The notes beneath the pieces were generated by a model. The model was not told the origin of the DNA. It saw only the letters and a list, made by a program, of their open reading frames with translations, and did no database searches. Shown in pieces: positions 53,563-64,000 of a stretch of 64,000 bases of DNA (positions within the stretch are counted from its first letter, which is position 1; each line of letters begins with the position of its first letter). The stretch comes from Eledone cirrhosa (lineage: Eukaryota): NCBI GenBank assembly GCA_964016885.1, contig OZ024746.1:45942001-46006000 (forward strand), read 5' to 3'. Both the position numbers and the translations under genes were made by a program.

Positions 53563-54119
53563 TTAAACCCTCTCGCTAACTACCCCATTTCTTTTTTTAA
53601 AATAACAATCTTGTTTGTTTAATTTTGTCCGAAAAATTCTAGGTTTTATAAAATCGCCTCATTGTCCCACTTATTCTTTACCCCTGGTCCCACTATATCG
53701 TATTACGCGCCGGCTAGTTCACCCTTTCAATCACTCCCTTCTCTCACCAAATATAAATAAACCTGTTACGAGGTACGAATCTCTGAATTTGTCAACGCTT
53801 ATTAATGGTCAGACCTTGTCGTTCCCTGCGAAGTATAATGTAAATGCCTTCTTTCTTATCTCTCTCCAGCCTATCGGTCCATTCATTCATATATCCGTAT
53901 CATCGCCCAGAATCCAATCTTTTGCTCTCTCTCAATGCTATTCTATAAATCTGTCTGGTTGTTTCTAAATAATCTTCTTGTATTTTAAAACCCCATTATT
54001 CGCTTATTATTACTGTTATATGCTTCTCCAATTATGCCCAAAATCCGAAGATTTCATTTAAACCCTCACGCTAACTACCCATACCCCTCCCACGCCCATT
54101 ATTATTAGGACCAATCATA

Positions 54120-56298
54120 AGTCAGCGGCCTATGCTATCACTTCTGGTTGCTTGCCGATATGATGGATGGACTATGGAATTCTGGAGAGTCTGAAAAATC
54201 TGGACACTCAGTGACAATGCTAAAGATAAAAACAAATTCACCACATGCTGCCGGACGAAAAGACAAGGACTCCTCTTTTTTTCGGCCGCGGATGGCCAAC
54301 ATAACCCCAACCCCAACCCCCTCGCCCCGCCCCACCGTTCCCATCCACCAAACGCAATCCAAAACTTCAGAGTTGGTACCATGAATGTAGGCACCTTAAA
54401 AGGTCGCTCCAACGAGGTTGTAGAAATGCTTGAACGTAAGGAGGTTGATGTTTGCTGTATCCAATAGACCAGGTGGAGGGGGTGTGTCTGCTAGATTCAT
54501 TGTGGGTAAAAAACGATGCTATAAGCTTTTCTGGGTGGGAAATGAAAATGGGCTGGGTGGGGTAGGAATCATGTTAGCAGAAAAAGGGGTAGATAAGATA
54601 ATAGACGTAAATAGCGTGAACAACAGAATAATTAAAATAAGACTTGTCCTAAATAGAACTTCTGTGACAGTAATATCTGTGTATGCACCCCAAACCGGAC
54701 TGCCTGGCATTATAAAAGACAGATTCTATGAGACATTGATGCTCACTACCTCCCAAATAACCGACAGTGACTACGTAATTATTGCTGGCGACCTAAATGG
54801 TCACATTGGAAAACATTGTGACGGCTATGTAGGAATCCATGGAGGCTATGGGTTTGGTACTAGAAATGAGGAAGGCTCCAGAATCCTGGAATTCTGTTAC
54901 GCAAATAACCTAACTATCTGTAATACTAACTTCAAAAAACGAGACAATCACTTGATCACCTATCAGGGGAACACGCCAGTCAGATAGATTATATCCTTAC
55001 CAGAAGACGTGATAGAGTGTCGGTTGTAAACACTAAATCCCTCCCCCATGAAGAATGCACCTCCCAACATAGACTCATAGTCAGCGACCTCATAGTCAGG
55101 ACAAGTCGTACTCGACAACAGAGGAGGACTATCCTCAGGAGAAAAATATGGAAGCTAAAGGACCCCACAGCCAGTAATAAATTTAAAAGCATATTACTTG
55201 ATGCTTTCGACAGTAAGGAAGAGCAATTAGAGTCGTACAATATAGAGGAACAGTGGGAATTCCTGAAAGCTAACTTGCTGAAGGTGGCAGATGAAGTTTG
55301 TGGCTGGAGCAGGCCTATAGGCAGGAGGAGAGTCACGTGGTGGTGGAATAGTAAGGTGGAGGAGTCAATTAAGGCCAAAAAGCAGGCTTGGAAAGTATGG
55401 CGGGATGGGGGGAAGTAGAGAAGACTATCAAGTGACCAGGAGGGAATCTAGGAGACAAGTGTACTTCGCAAGAAGGGAAGCAGAGGAAAGAAAGTTCAAG
55501 CATGTTCTACAACGCGAGGACCAAAAACGTGAGGTGTTCAGGATTGCTAGGCAATGTGTCAAGGAAAACCGTGATATTGTCGGGGAGAAGTGTGTCCTTA
55601 ATGATGATGGTGTACTTGCCATCACTGACGCTGATAAGAAGGTAGCTTGGAAGTGTCACTACGAAAGGCTACTAAATGAGGAGATTAAATGGGAGAAAGA
55701 CAGTCTCCCCCACATCGATCCAATAGAGGGACCAGCAGTGCGAGTTGAAGGTAGTATAATAAGTAAGGCAATCAAAGATATGAAGACGGGTAAAGCGGCC
55801 GGGCCTTCGGAAATAGTTGCTGAAATGCTGAAAGCATTTGGAACGGTGGGACACACTATGGTCACCCGGACAGTAAACCAAGTCATACAGAATGGGGCTG
55901 TTCCGAAGGACTGGCGTAGCAGCATCATCATTAACTGCTACAAGGGTAAAGGAGATGCTCTTGATAGGGGTAACTATAGAGGCATTAAATTAATCGACCA
56001 GGTCATGAAGGTCACAGAAAAAGTAATAGCGCAACTAATCAGAGAACGAATTGATCTAGATGAAATGCAGTTCGGGTTTGTGTCAGGTAAAAGTACCAAA
56101 GACGCTTTTTTCATTGTACGACAACTACAAGAGAAGTACCTAGCTGAAAGTAAACCTTTATACTTAGCTTTTGTTGACTTGTAGAAAGCCTTTGACAGAG
56201 TCCACCGCTCCATTATCTGGTGGGCGCTTAGAAAACTAGGTGTTGATGAATGGCTTGTAAGAGCTATACAAGCCATGTATAAAGAAACAGTCAGCAAG
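54120..56298 (+). mobile_element. RTE LINE 5' portion (APE endonuclease + N-terminal RT), 3'-truncated at a Penelope junction
   Basis: GTMNVGTL, VYAPQ, GDLNGHIG, QIDYIL, SQHRL (APE); YRGIKL, QFGF, FVDL*KAFD (RT). Stops and frameshifts present. Same family as 29183-31196. Confidence 0.92.
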
Positions 56299-57790
56299 AC
56301 TAGAGAAATATTCCAATGAGATACCTGACAGAATAGAATAAAGCTTCATCACCGAGGGATTAAAATTCATCTTACAGAACAAATTTTTTGATTTCGATGG
56401 CAATACTTACAAGCAAATATCGGGGACTGCGATGGGTACAAAAGCCGCTCCAACTTATGCCAACTTAGTCATGGCATACTTAGAAGTCCAGATATATGAA
56501 CAGTCCAAATCAAAATACGGATTGAACTTCCACAAATATTTATCAGAGAATTGGAAACGCTACTTGGATGATTGCCTCATTCTTTGGTCCCACACACTCG
56601 ACCAACTGAAGGATTTCAAAAACTTAATAAACGGCATCAATAACCACATCCAATTCACAATGGAATACAGCCAAGATCAACTCCCATTTCTGGACATCTT
56701 AATCTTAAAAAAAGACATAAATATCGAAACTGACATACACTACAAACCAACAGAGTCCAAACAATATCTGCTATTCACCTCCAACCATCCAAAGCACACG
56801 AAGACGAACATTCCTTTTAACCAACAAGAAGAATTTGCACAATTGTCTCCAATTATGAAACGCGAAATAAAAGACTTCAAGAATTAAAGGAAATTCTACT
56901 CGAGAGAGAGTACCCACTATTACTAATAAATAATGGAATAGAAAGGGCTAAAGCAATAGGCATTGATGAATTACGGAAACAGAAACAAATTCAAGGTACG
57001 TCCAATATTCTATCATATATCTCAACACACAACCCAAGAAATGCGGAAGCTTACAACACTATTCACAAGAACATCCCACTACTAAAACAAAACCCAAGAA
57101 TGAAAAAAGCCTTTGAAACACACAAAATAATCAAAAGCAAAAGACAACCAAGATCACTGAAAACATTACTCACCAATGCCAAATTAGCTACCACAAACCC
57201 ACAACCAAGTATCAAAAAATGTGGTCGCTCTAATTGTGGAACCTGCACTCACCTCATTGAAGGCAACACGTATACATTTAAATCAGGACAAAATTTTACT
57301 GTAAAAAATCACTTCACTTGCTCATCAAAAAATCTAATTTATGCCATTAAATGTAAAGGATGTAATGAAGATTATATAGGACAAACTAAACTCACACTCA
57401 GAAACAGAATAACAGTTCATCGCCAACAATTACGAGATCTAACCACGAGACAGATACCACTAAGTTCACATCTAGACATTTGCACAAGTAATAAGACACC
57501 CAAATTCCAAGTCTTCCCATTTTACCTTTGCGCTAACAATACAACAGAACAAATACGAATAAATAAGGAAAATATGTTTATTCAAAAATATAGACCAGCA
57601 TTAAATATTGTTTAATATACATTATGTCAACACCATAATATGACATACACAGACACACATAACACCTTCTACTTTAGAAAATAAAAACCCGAACTAAATA
57701 AACCTTAACATACGTTTGCACTGACAATACAACAGAACAAATACGAATAAGTAAGGAAAATATGTTCATTCAAAAATATTCCTACTAAAG
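56299..57790 (+). mobile_element. 5'-truncated Penelope-like element (Neptune-like: RT, Cys-rich linker, GIY-YIG)
   Basis: GTAMGTKAAPTYAN, WKRYLDD, LPFLD, HYKPT (PLE RT); CGRSNCGTC; NLIYAIKC..C..DYIGQT..R..H (GIY-YIG). One frameshift near 56820, and a partial terminal repeat at 57724-57780. Confidence 0.9.
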
Positions 57791-57815
57791 GAATCATTTT
57801 CCTACACACACACAC

Positions 57816-57864
<49 letters not shown>

Positions 57865-58119
57865 TCTTCATCTTAACATGCTAACCATACTCCCACACAC
57901 ATAACACCCATACACACACATAACAACCCCCACACCCACAACTCCCTCCCCCATTTCTACTAATAGAACCACTTTCCTACACACATATATACACACACAC
58001 AAAATATATATTCTCTCCATCTTAACATACTCGCACACACACACATAACACCCATATATACACACACACAACTCCCTCCCCCATTTCTACTAATAGAATC
58101 ATCTTCCAATACACACACA

Positions 58120-59870
58120 CACACACACACACAAGCACACAAATAAACATACATGTCTTTACTTCAATAGAAAATCTGAACTCTGACACCCCAGCGAACT
58201 AACCATATTCACTGAACCAGAACAATTCTCCCAATCCCATTTCTCTTGACCACTATCTTTCCCTTGTCATAACATATAAAGGCTACAGAATAGATTTCCA
58301 AATAAGGGCGCGAAAATGTAATGGAAACTTGTTCACGTGACAGCCAAATTTAATTTATAACCAATCAAATCACGTTTATTAAAAAAAAGCCTTCGTGAGC
58401 CACCCTTTTTTTAAAGTAAATAAATTCAGACACACACACACACAACACACACACACACAAGCACACAAATAAACATACATATCTTTAAGAGAGTATTGAA
58501 GTTTGCTTGAAGCATTGTGGAATAATAAGTAAATATCTTTAAGTCGTTTGGAAGCCTCGACAATGCAAATGGGTAAATCTCCGGGTAACAAGATCCGGTG
58601 GTGGAGAGAGAGATGTAAGTGGGTGTACGTTGAGATGCGTGGTGTGTATGAGATGTGTAGAAGAATGAAGGAAAGAGTATAAAGGAAAATAAAAATAACA
58701 ACACGAGAGAGAGTTACCTTGGGAGAGATTTAATAGTCCCTATATATTTCGGATTCACATCCATCAACTGGGGTTTTTTTCCGGGGTGGAGGAAAGGTTA
58801 TCTGTCGGACAGGTGCGAAACGCGTCCCCCGCTGTTTGTTGTTTTGAATATCTGAGGTATTCGGCAGAGCGCGCGTGCGCGGGAAATGGGGTCGGTCGGG
58901 CAGAGGTCAGCGGCCGAATGAGTAAGTGGGGTGGCGCTAGCTGTCAGTCCATTCTCTGCCTGTTTGTTAAATGTTACTGTGTGTGTGTGTGCGTGTGTTG
59001 TTGCCTTGTTCCTCTGTATTGGCAGTGTAGTATGTTCGTATGGTGGAATGCTACTGGGTGTGTGTGCGTGTGTGTGTGTAGTTGTCTCGTTTGTGTGTGC
59101 GTGTGTTGCTGCATCGTTTGTTAGCTTAAACCAGCCATCTCATTTCGCTTCTCTCTGATCGGTTGTTTATTTGCGGTTGCAGGTGTTTGATAAAAAACGC
59201 TTCCTTGATACGTAACGTGCCGACGTTTCTTTCAGTCGCTAAAATTGTGACAATGGGCCTTCCGTCTTTGTTTCCGCATTTGTCTATGTGTTTCCGGAAA
59301 GACGAGGCCCTGGTTTTAGTGTGTTCCTTGATCCGGATGTGCAAAGGTCGGATTGTGCTACCTATGTAGTATTGGTTGCACCTGTCACATTCTATCTTAT
59401 ACACGACGTATGTGCGTAGCCAACAGTTCGCATGGCGTATCGGGCAGTCTCTGAGGGAGCATGCGTCAGTATATTTCCCGGGTTTCCTGGAGAGGCATCT
59501 TCGCAGGGAGGGGCCCGAGTGGGCCAGGTGGATGTCGAGGCCCTCCCTCCGGATAGCGTTGGTGGTATTCTCGCCCAGGTGTGGCATTACATATCTTTAC
59601 TTTCTTTATTCAATAGAAAATCTGAATTCTGACACCCCAGCGAACTAACTATATTCACTGAACCAGAACAATTCTCCCATCCCTTTCTCTTGACCCTTAT
59701 CTTTCACTTATCATAAAATTCTCTAAAAAGGCTACAGAATGGATTTCCAAATAAGGGCACGAAAATTTAATGAAAACTTGTTCACGTGACAGCCATAATT
59801 TCATTTATAACCAACCAAAAAAAAGCCTTCGTGAGCCCCTTTTTTCTAGTAAAAAGAAATTCAAACACTC
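58120..59870. repeat. ~330-bp direct duplication (58120-58445, and 58445-58487 + 59600-59870) split by the Penelope insertion; preceded by a CA-rich minisatellite (57790-58130)
   Basis: tcaatagaaaatctgaa.tctgacaccccagcgaactaa... occurs at 58163 and 59609. Confidence 0.8.
58488..59587 (-). mobile_element. 5'-truncated Penelope-like element (GIY-YIG + 3' region) with 12-bp target duplication
   Basis: VVYKIECDRCNQYYIGSTIRPLHIRIKEH...IKEAFFI..LQPQIN. TACATATCTTTA at 58476-58487 and 59588-59599. Hammerhead-shaped motif at ~58737-58783. Confidence 0.88.
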
Positions 59871-60186
59871 ATATATGAAAAAACAACCTGTGACAACCCC
59901 ACCTCTTATTTGAAGAACTATTGTAACGCGAACTGGCGCGAAATTTAGTATAATTATTGACAAACCAATCAAATTAATTCTTGAAAAACCTGGCATTTCG
60001 AGCCACTTTTTCCATATAAAACAAGTAACATTCAGAGACCAACCAGATGTGAGAAAAACCACAGACCCTCCATCTCAACTCACCTTTTGAAAAGCAGAAC
60101 TGCGAAACCGGTAAAGGAACCAAATAAATATATATATATTTTTTAAAAAAATAAGACTTCAGTTGCATTTTCGATTTCATCTCTTT

Positions 60187-60251
<65 letters not shown>

Positions 60252-60262
60252 TATATATATAA

Positions 60263-60313
<51 letters not shown>

Positions 60314-60339
60314 TATATATATATATACATATATATATT

Positions 60340-60377
<38 letters not shown>

Positions 60378-60393
60378 TATATATATGTACATG

Positions 60394-60475
<82 letters not shown>

Positions 60476-60505
60476 TATATATATATATATATATACATAT
60501 ATATG

Positions 60506-60545
<40 letters not shown>

Positions 60546-60551
60546 TATATT

Positions 60552-62125
<1,574 letters not shown>

Positions 62126-62231
62126 TTTCTCATATCTTATGTTAACTATTTTCCCATTTTGACACTATAGTCGCATATATGTTATGGAATACTGTTAGCT
62201 TCTCGCTACAACAATTTCTATACTTTTCATT

Positions 62232-62267
<36 letters not shown>

Positions 62268-62455
62268 CCGAAGGAAATGTGGTAAGGAACCAGATGGACC
62301 ATAACGCACCAAAGTACTCAATAATTAGGGTAGTAGAGTGGATAATAGGAACAAGTATGACCCCGACTGCAGAGCTCAAGCCGTTTTGACGGCTAATTCA
62401 GTCCAGAATTAGCCGTCGAAATGGCTTGAGCTCTGCCGTTGGGGTCATACTTGTT

Positions 62456-62460
<5 letters not shown>
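62268..62460. mobile_element. Foldback / MITE-like element in (TA)n, right arm truncated
   Basis: ~55-bp arms (taggaacaagtatgacccc...gctaattc / gaattagc...ggggtcatacttgttccta) around a 6-nt loop. The outer part matches 31205-31290. Confidence 0.8.
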
Positions 62461-62517
<57 letters not shown>

Positions 62518-62708
62518 TATATATATATATACACACACACATATACACATATATATATACACACACACACACATATACACATATATATATACACACACAC
62601 ATATATATATATATATACATACACACATACATATATATATATAGATGTGTGTGTGTATATATGTGTATATATTATATGTATATATATATTCACATATAAT
62701 ATATACAC

Positions 62709-62765
<57 letters not shown>

Positions 62766-62768
62766 ATA

Positions 62769-63364
62769 CAATATGTAGAAAGGATAACACACCAGAGAGA
62801 GAGATAGTGCGCCATTAGTCAAACAGGGAAAAACCACCAGTGTATGGAATCTATAGCCCATGGAAGGCAAAGTAGACACACAATAATTAAAAGTATAAAT
62901 CAAAGTGTAAATACATGCCTTGATAACTATCTAACACACACGTACAAATCCAACAGGATCTGTTTCACCAACTAATTTGTTGACAGAAATGATTAGCCTA
63001 TGGTTCATCAGCGTGTGTTAGGCTATACATTTCAGACAACACTAAAAGAATCTAAAGCGACCGTCCAGCCACACATTCACAGCATGCCTAGGGCAGCAAG
63101 TGAAGGAGAGCTGCTAGAAATGGCAGCCCAAACCACTCAGAGAAGTGTGCTCAACCAAACAGAGAGAGAGAAGAGACTGTTATAAGGAGCAAAATATCAG
63201 GATAAATTAACGGAGACATAGACTCTCGCTATTCCCTGTCATTAATGTGCTCAAAGGAGAAGGAATCCCGAGCCCTTTATAAATCAATATGTAGAAAGGA
63301 TAACACACCAGAGAGAGAGAGATAGTGCGCCATCAGTCAAACAGTGAAAATCCACCAGTGTATG

Positions 63365-63368
<4 letters not shown>
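62769..63368 (-). mobile_element. Non-coding, terminally redundant hammerhead-bearing element (retrozyme-like or non-autonomous Penelope)
   Basis: ~82-bp direct repeats at 62769-62850 and 63285-63368 (period 516 bp), (TA)n on both sides, no recognisable coding remnant, and a canonical hammerhead inside. Confidence 0.75.
62931..63021 (-). ncRNA. Canonical type I hammerhead ribozyme
   Basis: Minus strand: ACACACG-CTGATGA-ACCA(tag)GCTAAT...ATTAGTTGGT-GAAAC-AGATCC tgtt GGATTT-GTA^CGTGTGT. All core nucleotides and three helices are present, with the GUA site cleaving between 62943 and 62942. Confidence 0.9.
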
Positions 63369-63403
<35 letters not shown>

Positions 63404-63746
63404 TGTTAGGCTTCCATTGGTTGTGGTAATGGCTTTTCAATTTATTTAATCAAGGAAACAATCTTCTCATGAAATTAACGTGCAATAATGTTTCTTGCAC
63501 AATTATACAATGCATCACTGCAAATTGCATCCATCACCTCTTGATCATGAACTACACACCTTAACCACTAGTCGATGTGATTTTACATTTACAAATGCAA
63601 ATACACACACACACATATATATATATATATGGAGGGGGGGGTGCAATGGAGTTTAGAAGTTTATAATTTATATAATGTATTTTGTTAAGGAGACTTATCA
63701 TTCAAGCTGAATATGTTATAAGATCCAAGTATATATATTTTTTCAC

Positions 63747-63801
<55 letters not shown>

Positions 63802-64000
63802 CTCTAATAGTAGCAATGACAGTTAGAGACTACCTCTAACTGTAGTATTGACAGTAAACATATAATACTGGATATTATTAAGTCTGTTCCTGAGTTTCAT
63901 GACTTCTTTGATAGGAACTTCCTTTTAATAGACAATTTATTCACTGCCAGAAAAGTTTTTGTATATGCCCCATCCCCTTCCATACACCTCTCGCAGCCTA

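Overview
AT-rich, repeat-dense eukaryotic DNA. The SINE types, RTE/Penelope load and very long (TA)n runs suggest an octopus or other coleoid cephalopod; this is inference, not verified. One host gene is visible: the last five coding exons of a receptor-type guanylate cyclase on the minus strand (51061-50887, 33928-33830, 32649-32558, 16385-16306, 9922-8905). They splice in frame with GT-AG sites into 487 aa, covering most of the catalytic domain plus a ~340-aa C-terminal tail; upstream exons were not found in the window. The introns hold at least five retroelement clades (RTE, R4/Dong, Tx1/L1-like, CRE, Penelope), two tRNA-derived SINE families, a piggyBac-type MITE and foldback elements. The most notable signals are: (1) several hammerhead ribozymes, including a full canonical type I hammerhead in a non-coding ~600-bp terminally redundant, retrozyme-like element on the host sense strand, and minimal hammerheads with covarying stems inside long palindromes; (2) a full-length Tx1-like LINE inserted into the (AAT)n tail of a Dong/R4 LINE, with a 3' end resembling the tail of one SINE family; (3) an RTE reverse transcriptase carrying an embedded PHD finger; (4) an inverted RTE pair bracketing a 366-nt, frame-symmetric block of cyclase exons. 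No database searches or folding programs were run, and repeat boundaries are approximate.
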